A DNA stretch of 64,000 nucleotides from Eutreptiella sp. 'Long Island Sound 2002'. Lineage: Eukaryota > Protista > Euglenida. The position numbers and the translations under genes are program-made. Location: the NCBI GenBank assembly GCA_964036045.1, contig OZ038378.1:178994001-179058000 (forward strand). Direction: 5' to 3'. Below the pieces are notes generated by a model that was given only the letters and a program-made list of their open reading frames with translations, ran no database searches and was not told the origin of the DNA. Position 1 is the stretch's first letter. Each line of letters begins with the position of its first letter. Of this stretch, positions 10,690-23,434 are shown in pieces.

Positions 10690-11700
10690 CGCCCCCTAAG
10701 TGCGCCCCCTTAGCGCACCCCCTAAAAGGTCACCGGTGGGGCACGGGTCCAAAAAGATGCCCGGCGCGCTAACGTTCCCCCCTCTTCGCTCCGGCCCGCT
10801 GCGCCGGTGGCAGCATGTGCGGTTGGGGGTCACTGCCGCCCGGCGCCTGTGGCGCAGCACCATCTGGCGCCAGTGCATCCGTGCCCGCGTCTCGCGCCGG
10901 CTGCACCTCCACTGCCTCCTGTGTGAGCGAAGGTGGGGAGGGTAATGGGGGGGCGGAGGCTGGAGCCTCCCCCATTGTGCTGCCTGCCCCCCCGTCTTTC
11001 CCCTCTCCCGCGCGGCGCGGTGGGCAGCGCGCGCGATATTGCCGAAAAAACCTCGCTCACAGGGCGTGGGCCCTTGGCTCCGCCGCCGAGGGTGGTGCTG
11101 CCACCGGGGGCAGTGCCTGCTCCGGGGGTAGGGGGGGGGAAGGGCGGTGCAGCTGCCCTCCCGGCCCCATCAGCCCCGAGCCACTGAGGCTCTCCGCCCG
11201 CTCCGGACCCCCCCCCCTTGCCGGGGCGCCCGCTGGATCCCGGGCGCGCCGGGGCCCCTCCCCCTAGGCAGCGCGGCATGTGCCCCGCCAAGAAATAGTC
11301 CTTGCAACCGGCGCCCGGGGTCGGCAGCCGGCGCGTCCAGGGCTCCAGGCAATGCTGCTGGAGCTGCTGCATGTACCACTGCATGTCGGGCCGGCATGTG
11401 AGCAACGGCCGCTCCGTTCGCCCCATGCTGCGAAAGCCCCCCCAGGGGCACCAGAGAGGCGCATATCTACCGGAAGTTTCCCTCCAGCGGGGTCCCGCCG
11501 GCGAGCAGGGGCTGCACAAGGTCGACCGCCTCCCGCAGCACTCGCGCCCGCTCCCTCAACGACAACACCTGCCGGGCGTGCCGATGGCCAGGCCTGGCCG
11601 GGAGCGCCCGGTTGTAGGTGACCTAGCCTGAGCCCGGTACCCACTGCAGCGCCGAGGCCTCCGCAAAGCCGCGCTCCCATGGGAAAGCAATGCAAGGCCA
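10690..11700. other. GC/CpG-rich block, probably a young repeat insertion
   Basis: Sharply higher GC and CpG than the flanks, with long overlapping low-complexity ORFs on both strands. Confidence 0.4.
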
Positions 11701-13206
11701 TGCGTAAAGCAGATGGGCAACACAAACCAGCACAATACATGTTAACTAGATAAACATGGAACTGACAGTCTCCCGGGGGGGGGGGGGGGGGGCGGGGGAG
11801 AGATTGCAAGGAGTGGGAGTTTGCAGGGGGGGCAATCATGCCAAACGCAGGATGATAGCTGCATAACTTACTTCTCTTGCACCACAGAGGTCCATCCCCA
11901 CATGCATGGTGAACAATAAGATAGGCAGCAACTATTGCACTCCAAACACGAGTCTTACTACACACAACACAATGCACAAATGGCTACACCATGCCCCCCG
12001 CAATCAACCTCAACCTCCTCATATGCACCAGCCCACACATGCAAAGGCACAATTGCGAATGCCATTTTCCAAACATGCCCCACATATCCGAGGTTAAGCT
12101 GGGGGTACCTCTGGTTCTGCACCCTCAGCCCCAAGACAATGCAATTGCATTGACAGAAAGTGCAACACATGGTTTATAAGCAAGCAATGTGTGCCATTGT
12201 ATATTTGTGCATCTATGGGATGCTTGTTACAGAAATGCTGTCGACCAATATTAACATAAAAGGACCATCCAAGATTACCATTAAAAAACAAAAGCTCTGC
12301 CATCTGACACTGATGCAGGCAAAAATGGTTTTGCCACAGGCATGGGCGTTTCTTCTGGAAAAGAATGACATAGGGTGTGCTCCGCGTTCCTGGGTGGGTG
12401 TGGTTTTCTTTTGGGGGGCGGGGGTCAGGTTGGTCTCAGGGGCTGTGCGACACACTGACAAACAACCACTTCAATGACCCCTAGCACATGGAAACGCCCA
12501 TACCAAGGCCTCCTGAAATCATCTGGCAAATACAGCGGATTTCAAGCGATGAATTGGAGCAGTGGTGTGACTGGAGCAGTGGACACTGGATTCTGTGTGC
12601 TTTAACTTGGAACAAAGGCATACTGCATTACTCCTTTGCACCATCAACGTCGAGGAATTGTCGTATACGAACAGGACTGTGTTTCAACAACATGAGCATG
12701 AGGGAAGAACCTGCTGTCCGGAACACCAGAAGAAGCCACAATGGTCAATGATTACACATCAACCACTGGCACCCAAAATACACAACAAGCGTGCCGGTTG
12801 TACCGCTGCCAGATGAGCCATCAAATGCTGAGGAACGCTTCTCCATGTTCAAGCCCCCCCAAAAGGGTAAAAGCGATGAAAGGCTGTAAGCATGCGTCCT
12901 GCTGCTAGCCCCCCCTTCCAGCCCCTGAGGTTGCAGAGCAGGATGATTTTGAAAGAATGGCAGGGTGGGTCACAGCCCACCCAGCGGTCACAGGCCCCAC
13001 GGTCCCGGCATCCTTCCAAGCCAGACACGACTGGAGCCGACACGCTAGGCTGTCCCAGTGCTGGACTTTAGGAGCTGATGACTGCACCCAAACACTGCCT
13101 TGCTTGAGTGTGTTTGACAAGAAAGATTCAAATCATGCACAAACGGCGAGGTTCAACTCCTAGTTTCCTACAGATCAGCTGAAGTATGAGTTGAATATGT
13201 GTGCTG

Positions 13207-13207
<1 letters not shown>

Positions 13208-13239
<32 letters not shown>
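13208..13239. repeat. (TG)16 microsatellite
   Basis: Direct reading of the sequence. Confidence 0.95.
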
Positions 13240-13240
<1 letters not shown>

Positions 13241-13357
13241 ACTGTGCACTGTCCTGGCCGCTCTTGCGACGGGAGGGTTAGGGGTTAGCGGGTTAGAGCT
13301 TGCCTGAAGCCTGCCCTATCCCACCCCTGGCCCCCCGGTATGTCGCGGCGCGGCGGA

Positions 13358-14014
13358 CTATTAACGAGGGAGACCCATATGTGGCAGTAGTGCAATTGCA
13401 ATATTTAACCCGGCACGTGGGCGGGGCTGTGCATATGCTTGTGTTTGCGTTTATCCACGGAGTAAGAACCTCTGTGGTGTTGCGGGTTTCAGTAACTTCC
13501 GATGACGCGCGCCCGTGTCCCATGAAAAACAGGGCCCTCACCACTGTCGTGTCGTCATCATCCACCTGCATCCCCTGTGGCCTTGGGGGGAGGGGGGGAT
13601 TGGGGATTTGGGTCTCCGTCGCTTGGGGGCTGGCGGTGTTGGTGGGTAGGCGGCCCTTTGCGTCGGCGCGGGCACTGCGTGTGCTGCCCGAACTTGCGTG
13701 CAGGAAGACAGTGGGTAGTCGGACCCGCAGAAATGACACCGAGTCTTGCACTCAGTGGCTACCACCACAACTGCGTGAAGGAGCAAGAAAAGTGGCTACG
13801 ATTAAAGGCCTGGACGCTGTGCGACGGGTTGAGCGAGGGGGATATGGGTACTATTAACGAGGGAGACCCATGTGTGGCAGTAGTGCAACCGGTATACTTA
13901 GCCCGGCACCGGGGCGGGGCTGTGCATATATTCGTTATTGCGTCTTTCCACGGAGTCAAAACCTTTGTGGTATAGCGGGATCATGTGACTTCCGAAGATG
14001 CACGCCCGTGGCCC
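13358..14014. repeat. Pair of diverged ~165-bp direct repeats (13358-13521 and 13851-14014) around a degenerate zinc-knuckle-like segment
   Basis: Both copies start CTATTAACGAGGGAGACCCAT.TGTGGCAGTAGTGCAA and end TTCCGA.GA.GC.CGCCCGTG.CCC, with an offset of 493 bp. Between them the minus strand encodes CHFCGSDYPLSSC. Confidence 0.8.
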
Positions 14015-15379
14015 TGTGTGTGTGCGCGCGCCTGCGTATGTGGTGGAGTGTGAGTGTGGGTCTATGTGTGTGTGAGATGCTCAGGACAATTCAAAAATAT
14101 GCGCTGATGTGGCTTTATCCTACAAGAGCCAGGTTGGCCCTGTTAATTTAAAACAATGTGACACATTGCATTATGATACAACTCCTGTGGTCTGTGTGTG
14201 CATGCATGGCTGTGTTTGATAAGGGGTTGGACTCACTGGGGTTTGGCGGTTGTCTGTGGAAAGGTCCATAGCCGCTGGGTGAGTGGGTTGCCACTTGTAC
14301 CCTTGAAATGCTTTAAATGGGCCAGGTGTAGACCTTGTCTAGCCTCCATGAATTTCATTGCCTTCCAGTTCAACGACCTGAAAGGTGCATGCAACTGTTC
14401 CTTAGACCACCATTCAGGTTCATGGAAGAACATTGTGAACCACATCCCTCCCATGAGATGTCAAGCTTCGTTCATTGTGGTACATACACGTGCTAAAACT
14501 GCTGGGTTAGGAAACAACTGCAGGACAGTGTGTTTGGAAGAGACACAAATATGTGAGGGGATTCCTTGCACTGTGCATGAATTTTCAGCCTGAGGCCCTA
14601 ATTGATGTCTCCTCCCAAGTTCTTCCAACACTAATTTTCCCTACCCTCCTGCAGGCAGCACTTTTGTGAACACCTTGTGCTTGAACACATTTGAAACTGT
14701 GCATTACCAATCAGTTGACTGTCGTTATACTGCCACCACACGTCACAGGACGCAAATTGCCAGCAGTCAGCAGTCTGCGGCGATCTTCAACACAAAAACA
14801 TGATTCCTTCCTCCTCATGTGGTGTGCGTATGGGGGAGCAATTGATTCCATCATGCGATGAAGTACCTGGGAACAACATTCAGGGCAATATCCAACTTAC
14901 ATGCCAGGGCTGCTTTTGCCTGATGCTCTTGTGTGTATGGTGGGGGGGGGGATAAGATTCATGAAAAATTGACCAATTGAATCCTGCACAAAGCTTGTCA
15001 TGCTAACAAAATCACAAGTACCTCATTGTCCCATAAACAAACAGCAACACAAAACATCGCTGCTTTGGTTGGTGACTCGTCTACAGTTGGTTCCTGACCT
15101 CAAAATCCGGAGGCTGCACGGGCCTCTGGTTCAGCACCCATGGCCCCAGGACACAGAGATGGTTGACAAAACCTGCAATGCACAGCGTGTAAAGAGACAC
15201 ATGAGACAGCTATCTGTGCCTTTGCACATCTGTATGGAAATAGAACGGCCTTCCTAGTCCTCAACAAAAAAAGTCATGTCCTCATGGGGCTGCCTAACGT
15301 CAAATCTGGCCGCTGTGTGGGCCACTGGTTCAGCACCCATTGTGCTGCCAAGACGCTGTAGGAACCTCAGGGGGCACTG

Positions 15380-16370
15380 ACTACTAGGGTGTCTTTTGAT
15401 AGGTCCTCTCATGCTGCAATAATCCAAGCCAAGTTGCCGTTGCTGACTGACAGGAGCTGTGCAACGGCTGTGCCTGCACAGCATGTGCCTCCTTCTGGTC
15501 AGCAATCCCACGAAATCGTCGTTCGCCAATCACCAACTGGCGCTCATTACATTCCAACAGCCACTACTTAAACATGAAATGGCATCACTTTAAGCAGTCG
15601 GATCCACCTTGGGCTGTCCTTGGTGAAAAAAAATTCATCCTTGCTGGAAGACAGCCGTACAACAATGTCAAATAGATGCGGTATGGGCAGCTTGATGCAA
15701 ATGACGCAACGTTTCGTCGAACGTGCACAAATTCAGGAGGTTGAAGTGCCAGAAAAATGCGCCAGTAAAATGTGGTGTACCCCCTCGGGTCACAGCTTAG
15801 ACCAAGGGTCGCCTGGTGGACAGTCAAGGGTTGGAGGAGGGCAACAACTCCGATAACGAAGGCACAGGCAGGTGATGCGCACACCAGGGTGTGTAGTGTT
15901 GTGTCACGTTGTGGCTTTGATTCGGCCTCTACTGATGTATTTCATCATCAGCACACTTAGAGCATGTGTGCATCTGTGCCTCAGCTCTGTGGAAATATCA
16001 GAGGTGCATGTCCTCTAAGGGGTAGCCGCCATGTACGGTGTGGTAAGCAGCGTTCCGTGGCTCATGGCTCATGTATGTACTGCCTGTGATGAATTTGGCA
16101 TCCTTGTCACGGCTCGGTGTTGTTGTGTGGTTTGGCTGCTTGCTCTTCTGGCGTGTTTTGCTGTCAAACTCCATCCACCTGCCCCATGCCGTGCTGTGCT
16201 GGCTGATTCCCCAATTGACAGTGGGTCTCTGGGCCTGCGCTCACTGGACGTCGCGCTCGCCTCACCTGTGTCCTACACACAAGCCCCAGACAGGGACGCA
16301 AGAGATCAAGAAGCTGTACCCCTGAGACTGGGCCCCTTGTCCCAGTCAACAGAAATGAGGGCCTGAGGCC
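15380..16370 (+). pseudogene. Decayed non-LTR retrotransposon reverse transcriptase
   Basis: Collinear degenerate RT motifs across frameshifts and stops: SFDRSSHAAII (AFDxVxH), KQSDP (KQGDP), DANDATF (YADD) and PIDSGSLGLRSL (GGLGL thumb). Confidence 0.45.
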
Positions 16371-17155
16371 TAAATAAGCGCTTGATCAGCATTTATGTCA
16401 CCACAGCGTATCCGCATGTCACGGCCGATGGGAGCGTGGGGCAAAAGCACACGCGGCAGGGACATGCCCACGTGGCTGGGACATGCAAGGCAGCAAAGCG
16501 AGTGATGAGAGAGGCATCGGAAAGAAAAATGCAAACGGGGGTATATTGTGACGAGCAGAGAGGACATGAGGCACACAGACCAGCAAAGCAGAAAACTAGC
16601 AGAAAAGAGAAGCAGAAAGTCTAGTTGAGGGGGGCTGGGGGTGAACCATAAAGCTGGGCTGTTGGGGGGGGGGGGGGGGCGGGGGATTGCCGTTGAGGCT
16701 GAGTAAGTGCGCCGAGTGTACACACGGGTTTAGATCGGCGGGTCACCTTATCTGAGGAGGGGCTCATGCAGGGCAATGCCGTCGCGCAACTCATTCCCAC
16801 CACTGCCTTCGACTACAGCACTGGTACAACTCCCTGCATTGGGCAATGAGGTCACCATTGCGGTACTGTCTGCGGTGGCATGTTTCTGCTGCCATTCTCA
16901 GACATGTGCCTTGGCGGATCGGGATGAAATGCATTGCTGCACCAGGAGAAACCGGATGCACAGGGGAGGGGGGGGGTATGGGGGAACATGAAGATGCAAC
17001 GGCAAAGACATGGTGTCCGGATGTCAGGGGCGACAGGGCCAGACCCAGTGGGTCCGGGATCGTCAAACATCAGGAATCCCAGTGTCGAGGCAAATCCTTG
17101 TAATTTGGGCCTGATCTTGGCTGTCGGTCCAGCGACCTCTCTTTCGGCAATTGCT

Positions 17156-17700
17156 CTAAAACTGCAGCAGAGACAAGAACATGGCCCAAAACACTGCACA
17201 GACCGCCAGAAATGACACCCGCCAGTTCACCGGCACGAGGCTGAATGTGACGATGTGCACAAACGGCCACACCATCCAGTTGGTCTGCAGCGTCGGCACC
17301 AGGTGCTCCACGGCGCTGTTGTGGGCTGCCTCTAGCGACAGCCCCTTGGTCAAGCTTCTGAAGGTCAGGAACAGCACAGTGCTGGGGGGCGTGAACACGA
17401 GCTGGTCGAGGGCGATTTTAGTTGCGACGCGTTGGGGGCCCTCCATTGCCAGATTAATGCGCTCGTCCAAAAACGCATGCCACCGATGTCCCATTGGAGC
17501 CGCTGCCAGGGCGCCCCACATGGCCATGAAGCAAAATGCTGTGGCATCGAAATCCGTGGAGCCGGACTGGGCAATAACATTGCCCAGGCCGAAGCACAGC
17601 ATGGAGGTACATCCCTTTGCGATGAGGGGACGTTCCTGCAGCTGTGTCTCATACCAGGTGAGCAGCTTGGACTTCTGCCTGGGCAGGCTGACCGTGCGCT
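17156..17700 (-). CDS. Terminal exon: Mpv17/PMP22 membrane protein domain
   Basis: Acceptor CCCTTCCTTAG|AG. Encodes WYETQLQERPLIAKGCTS..LGNVIAQ...HRWHAFLD...KIALDQLVFTP...LQTNWMVWPFVHIVTFSLVPVNWRV..CAVFWAMFLS, with all the hallmark Mpv17/PMP22 motifs. Confidence 0.9.
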
Positions 17701-19283
17701 CTAAGGAAGGGATGTAGGGCACGGGGAGAGGAGAGGAGGCAACAATGGGTGGCAAATGAAGGGGCAGTTAAAGAGAAGGGAGCGGGGAAGGAGAATCGAG
17801 CGAGAGCAGAGAGAGAAGGTGGTGGAGGATGACAAAAGGAAGGCAGCAGACAAGAGAAAGAAGCAAATGTGGGAGACAAGGAGGGGAAAGCACTGTGGCA
17901 TTAAGGAGGACGAAGGGATATAGGTCCTCCCACACACACAGGGCCCCAGGAGGCTGTGACATGCCTGCACTGATTCATTCATGCATTGACAATGGGGGCT
18001 GAGGATAATAAGAGTTTGATCAAATTCTTCCATCCCGAGAACCCCACATGCTCGACCACAACGTTCCACTGGATCTGTCACCAGCCCGTGATCATTCTTC
18101 AAAATAACATATCTCTTTCGTCTTCTCTTCCAGTGCCGCACTACTGTGTGGAAGTAGGTGCAGTAGGGGGCATAGCCAACTATTGAGCCACCACCAACCA
18201 CTGAGCCGCTACTCCACCCTCCTTATTCACATGGAAGAAATCACATTCTCCCCCAAAACTGGTCCTAAGCACGGGTGCTGGCCGTGCGCTGATCTCTCCT
18301 TCGTGCGGACAAACAAATAAAGCAGAGAATGTGTGACCAAAGCAGAAACGGTGTGCGCGATCATCCAGGAAAGGCATAAACAAAAAGAAAAAGCACCTAA
18401 TAACTAAATTACAAGAGCTGCAGGAACCCGTGCAGTTCTATGGCAGAGTGCACTGGAGCTCCCTCTTTTCCCACAGGGGAAATCGGGCTTTCAACCGGCG
18501 GGGGGGGGGGGGGGGGTTGGCACAAGGTCGGCGGGGGGGGGGGGATAGAGCCCCTGAAATTGGACGGTCTAGGAAAAGGACTCAATTGGCGAGGGCCATT
18601 ATTTCCATTGGTGCCAGAAGAAAATTTTGTCGATGTTGGCCGACCACAAAGATGTGTCTGTGATAGGTGTCCTTCACATGTTGCGCAAATGATAGAACGT
18701 ACAGTTGTCCCCGGGGTATGTGAATACAAGCCTGACACCGACCCCCTCTTACCCCTGTTACCCAGTCAGCTGAAGAGGGAAACAGATGTGCAGTGCCATA
18801 GGGGGGTATTTTATGGATGCACTCGTTTGTGGATTCAGTCAACATGGGATGTAAACACCACTCTCCCACAAGCATAACCAGAGTTTTGTGCGGGGGGGGG
18901 GGGGGGCACACCTGGAGTCTGGGCTGACGAAGGTGGGTGTGGAGTTGTGAGCCCAGAAATGTGGATCCCGAAGGTGCGGAATCTTGTTTTCAATGCCTTT
19001 ATGTGCACTTCTTCGCTCCTTTGTACCGCAACCCAGATTTGTTTTGCGACTTTTCTACTTCAACGTGTGCATAACAACAATCCCAGCAGGAGCAGCTGCC
19101 TCACATCAAATGGGTCTTGACCCTGTACCAAGAAGCAAAAGCTTTGCAATATGACGGTGGCAAGTCATGTGATAGGCTGTGCCAAAAAGATGCCATCCCC
19201 TGGCAGGGTGTGTGTAGGCAGCTACAACAACCATAACATTGGTGAGAAGATAGAGTGGAGGCCTTACTGAAGCAGTGACACAC

Positions 19284-19564
19284 TTGATGTGATGCTTGCC
19301 ATTGCCACTGTTGGAGTCTGAGAACGCCTGCAATTCACGTTCTGCATGACTGGCACCATCGCAGCGATCCCAAACCACACAATGAGCAGACTCACTAGAC
19401 CCTGAAGCACATAAAAAGGAACTAAAGCAGCCCATAACAATGCAACCCCCGCCCCCCAAAAAAAACCCTGGGCAGAGTCCACGCTCCCGAACTGCAAGAA
19501 AGTGTCGGTCGGTATGCTTGTCGTATGGGGTGTCCTCCTCAACATGTTCATTGTGCCTTCCGAG
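19284..19564 (-). CDS. Exon 3 of the Mpv17/PMP22-family gene (stop-transfer hydrophobic segment)
   Basis: Acceptor CTTCTCTAG|C is phase 2. Encodes ...SAQGFFWGAGVALLWAALVPFYVLQGLVSLLIVWFGIAAMVPVMQNVNCRRSQTPTVAMASITS. Donor TCAA|GTGTGT is phase 1 and matches exon 4. The donor choice is uncertain. Confidence 0.55.
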
Positions 19565-20418
19565 CTAGAGAAGTTGGTTGGTGAAGCACAAGGGGGTTTC
19601 ATTTCGAGGGGACGACATGGAAATCAAGAAAAGCGGAACAAAATGGGACTGCACGTAGGGACATGCAGAGGGAAAAACAAAGCTGGTCACAATGTCAGCA
19701 CCGATCATCTTGCCCCCTCCCCCCACTAATGTTAAGAAGTTGCATCACATCAGGGACCATGTTTGAACTCCAACACTTGCAATACACATGTAGTGGGGTT
19801 GCAAGGAGAGTGTCACAATGGCAATGTCCCCTCCAAAGATTCACAAGGCTTGGATTTCATGTCTTTCACATGTTTGGTCGTGTGCACTAAATTTCTGATG
19901 GTGCTACCCCCGTCCCCATGGTGGGGGGAAATCAACCTAGAAAAGACTGAATGTGGTGGAAATAAGCAAAAAAGTGTGAGAAAGGGTGGAAATGGGGAAA
20001 CTGTGTAAACATCCGAAAATGACATATTCCCAATGTGGAAGAAGCATCAAAACCCACTCTCAAATACCAATGATGCCCCTAGATCACAAAGTATGGGTCT
20101 CTAGTACGGCCAGACGCCCCAAATAGTTGCACTGCATATGCATTGTGCGCACACTGTGCGCCCACTGCTCTAAGTGCACCCCCTTACACAGCCTACCAAG
20201 AGCTACTGGATTGCAAAATCTCAAGGGCGCGCAACTTCAAAAAGGAGTGGGAAGGAGCGACAAAGCAAATTGGTGTGCGAAAAGGGCACTGTTGAAACAC
20301 AGTGCAAGAGCGAGAACATACTGCATATCAAGAGAAACCTGGAGGGAGGAGGAAGGTCAATAGAGCCCCTCAGCTAGCCCCCCCCCCGAAAATAAAAACC
20401 TCAATTGACAGAACCAAC

Positions 20419-20575
20419 CTGAGAACTTCCACGGTCTCAATGGGAAGGGTGGAAGGCGGGCGGCGGGGGGTCCCTTTGCTAGCTGCGGACTTTGCAGGAG
20501 GGATAAGTGCATGATTGGGGTCAGGGCCCACGTGGGTGGGTGCACTGAGTAGTGCAGGGCCTGAGCTGGCCCTAG
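20419..20575 (-). CDS. Exon 2 of the Mpv17/PMP22-family gene (transit-peptide-like)
   Basis: Acceptor CATTTAG|CT (phase 1) and donor CTCAG|GTTGGT (phase 2) exactly bridge exons 1 and 3. Encodes the S/P/A/T-rich ARASSGPALLSAPTHVGPDP...RRPPSTLPIETVEVL. Confidence 0.5.
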
Positions 20576-21049
20576 CTAAATGTATCTGTTGCCCCCAGAT
20601 GCTGCCCTCATGGCCATGCAGGCTGTGGCTCCCATGCAGATAAAACAATGTCATGTGACAAAGCAACTTTCGGTGTCTCCCAACGATGCTGCTCGTCGTT
20701 GCCAAAACAAACATGAAGTGTGCACCAAAGAGGAAAAGAAAAGAAAAGGGTAGGACACCTCAGCAGCAGACAGCAGTATGAGGAGGAAAACACAGGACGA
20801 CCCCGAGAAGGCAGGAGTGATGTAGCCATATTGATGAATCGGCAATGCAAGATGGATACCTGGGGAAATAAACTGGATATTTTCTACCCAGGTTAAGGCT
20901 AGTGGTCTCCCACCCCAAAACCTGGATACTCTGAAATTTTACTTCAAGATTGTGGTCTGGTTTTGATTCAAACCTGATTAAGTGCCATTCAGTTGCTTGG
21001 TCAAGCCATGGCCATGGAAACCCCTGTGTCTCGAGACATCTGGTGTCCT

Positions 21050-22720
21050 ATATTCCTAACCAATACCCGGGGTGGCGACCATCGCCGTTCATGGCATTTC
21101 CCATTGTGCATGATGTCGTATGTGAAGGGAAGATAGCTTGCAACTGTCTTGAGCTAGGGCCGAAGAGCCTGGGGGCTCTTCGGGGGGAAACTGGTCTAAA
21201 AGTAACGCACAGTGCAAGGACAGCCCCTCGGGTGTAGTGGGTTCTGGCTTTGAAACCTGAATTTTGGAACTTGGCAGTGCCCCGCCTGACTGGAGGAGCG
21301 TGAGGGCATTTTTAACAGCGAGAAATGCTTGCGTCAACTGCGAGAGTCCCTCCCAGCATGCTACCTTGCCAACCAGTGTGATCCATGTTGAAAGGGGGGG
21401 GGGGGGTTTACGGTTGCCAACAATGCAGGAAGCATGCAATACCTTTGCTGCAAAGCCTGGACAGCTTGCCATCTGCCGAATCAAATCAGCGCCGTTCAGG
21501 GGTTTGATATCTGCAGAATTGATGTTGAGGTCAGACCCGCTGAAGAGACTTGGCAGTCGAAAATCCACCATAGCCCCAACAAATGTCTGTTCATCTGCAT
21601 ATACACAGAAGATACACAGAATCTGGCATCAGCATGGAAAGAAGCATGCAGAGGGGCGTGTGTACCGTACACAAATCTATTGAGGCACACAGCATAGGGG
21701 CAGGCGACTTGAGGCTGCTTTCAATTTTGCAGGGAGCGTTTGCCTGGCGCACGCCCGGCATGCTACTTTTGTGCCACGTATCTCAACTTTAGCCCAGTTT
21801 TACCCTCCCTGAGAGAAGCCCCCCAAGCAGACCAGAACCTAAACCCTTCCCTACAGAGCACACAACATTAGTCTCTAAAGCGGAGAGGAGTCAAAGTGGC
21901 GACGTACTTCTGCCTTCTTGGAGTGCCGAGGGTGGGGGAGGCTTGGATAGTGCTTTTTTTGCGCTGGGGCTCCCCTATCCAGGCAGGGCCTCCAGTGAAT
22001 AGTGCTTGGAATAGTGTTGGTTGGGGGCGTTTCGGCCTAACAGTGCAGTAGAGCTCCCTCTTTGGTGTACCATGTGTACCTGATGCGGAAGATGAATGCA
22101 AAACGTGCTCTGTGCAGTGTCCACCTATGCTATGGATGTAGGATCGCATGGTGTGTCAATTTGAGTTCTTTTTTGCCAGCCATTTGTCACTCTTCTGCAG
22201 GTGTTTGTCCTATTCTGCTTTGTTGGATTGGATCTTAGTTGGCGTGTTAATTGGGATCAGAGGATCGATGTCTGTAACTTGGCGGTGGTGCAGAAGCACC
22301 AGAGACGCAAAGGATGAATGCGAACTGATACACGGCTGCCTTGTGTGTGCCTCGACCAAAAGTGCCTGCTAGCAGAGGCATTCGGCAGCCAGTATCCGTC
22401 TCTTGACAAAGACAGAGCTTCTTCAAGTCAAAATGTTCGTTTTGTGAAGTCCCTTCAGGCAGTTGTGATGTGCACAACACCTCCATGACTTACCTGAGTG
22501 TATGCCCCGCCACCACAAGCCCTCTAAAGTCATGTCATGGAGTGGGTATCGGGAGCGCATTTACCCCAATTGCATCATCGAGGCCACATCAAGGGACCCT
22601 GCCATGAAAAAGCACAAAATGCACAATGCAACTTGGGCACACGTCCGCCTGGAAACCACCCCGCCCGCCTGCCCTGCATGCCAGCCTGCCAGCACCCACT
22701 TGCTGCGTTTTTAACAATAC
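21050..22720 (+). pseudogene. Decayed LINE ORF2 remnant (RT end, thumb, C-terminal finger), interrupted by other repeats, inside an intron of the Mpv17 gene
   Basis: MAFPIVHDVV..., ETGLKVT and TLPTSVIHVERGGGGLRLPTM (GGLGLP motif), and further 3' ETTPPACPACQPASTHLLRF. Confidence 0.45.
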
Positions 22721-23094
22721 ACTTTGGAATAAACAATGGGAAGTGCCCAAAAGTGCACAAGTGGGTGAGCAGACAGATGTGATACAGAAAACCAGTTGGC
22801 TGCAGTCCTGAGCTGTTGACATGTCCACCGATCACTTGGTTGATAACAGTAGGGCAGATGGTGAGCGTTAAAGACTCAGAGCTCCAAGACTTCACCATTA
22901 CCAACCTCTTGGTTGTACAGTCAGTTCCTTGTCATGCAGCAGACGTGGGGAAGCTCAACCAACGGTACAGACACATGCACAGGGATGCTGTCTAATGCGC
23001 TACAACACTGAAACATGCTGGGGGAGAATGTAAGGGACAATCATTGCAGGTGTGCACACAGCCTTTGGAATAGACACGGCTCCGCAGCGGCTAC

Positions 23095-23434
23095 CTCGTC
23101 CTCTGAAGCGGCTTTGTGCATTAGAGACGCCTTGTGTTACGGCTGTTGCAAACAGCTTTGATGGCACCTCATGCCTCGCACTGGTTGTTAGTCTCAACAC
23201 TTTATGACCCGCAGGCTGCTGGAGCTGGTTGACAGAAGGCATGATGAGCCACCCACTGCTTGTGCCATACAATCCGTAGGAAGCGCCAACAAACATCGCC
23301 ATTGTTGCCATTGTGACCACAAAGGCAAGATGTGTCAAATTAGCAGGTCGGTGGCAGGAGGAGGCAACAGCTGCATCCTGGCGGTCATTGGCAGCAGTCC
23401 AGTACTTTGTTTGCAGAGAAGAGATGGAAGGCAT
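23095..23434 (-). CDS. Exon 1 of an Mpv17/PMP22-family gene: signal/TM1 plus start of a transit-peptide-like region
   Basis: MPSISSLQ...LTHLAFVVTMATMAMFVGASYGLYGTSSGWLIMPSV is followed by an S/T/A/R-rich segment. Acceptor TTCACAG lies 24 nt upstream of the ATG. Donor CGAG|GTAGCC is phase 1. Confidence 0.6.

Noticed and set aside
13272-13293. Interstitial telomere
   Set aside because: Only three imperfect GGGTTAG units, too short to call on its own.
280-21410. Many 10-20 nt poly-G/poly-C runs as functional G-quadruplex elements
   Set aside because: They are scattered, mostly within repeat remnants, and homopolymer lengths are unreliable.
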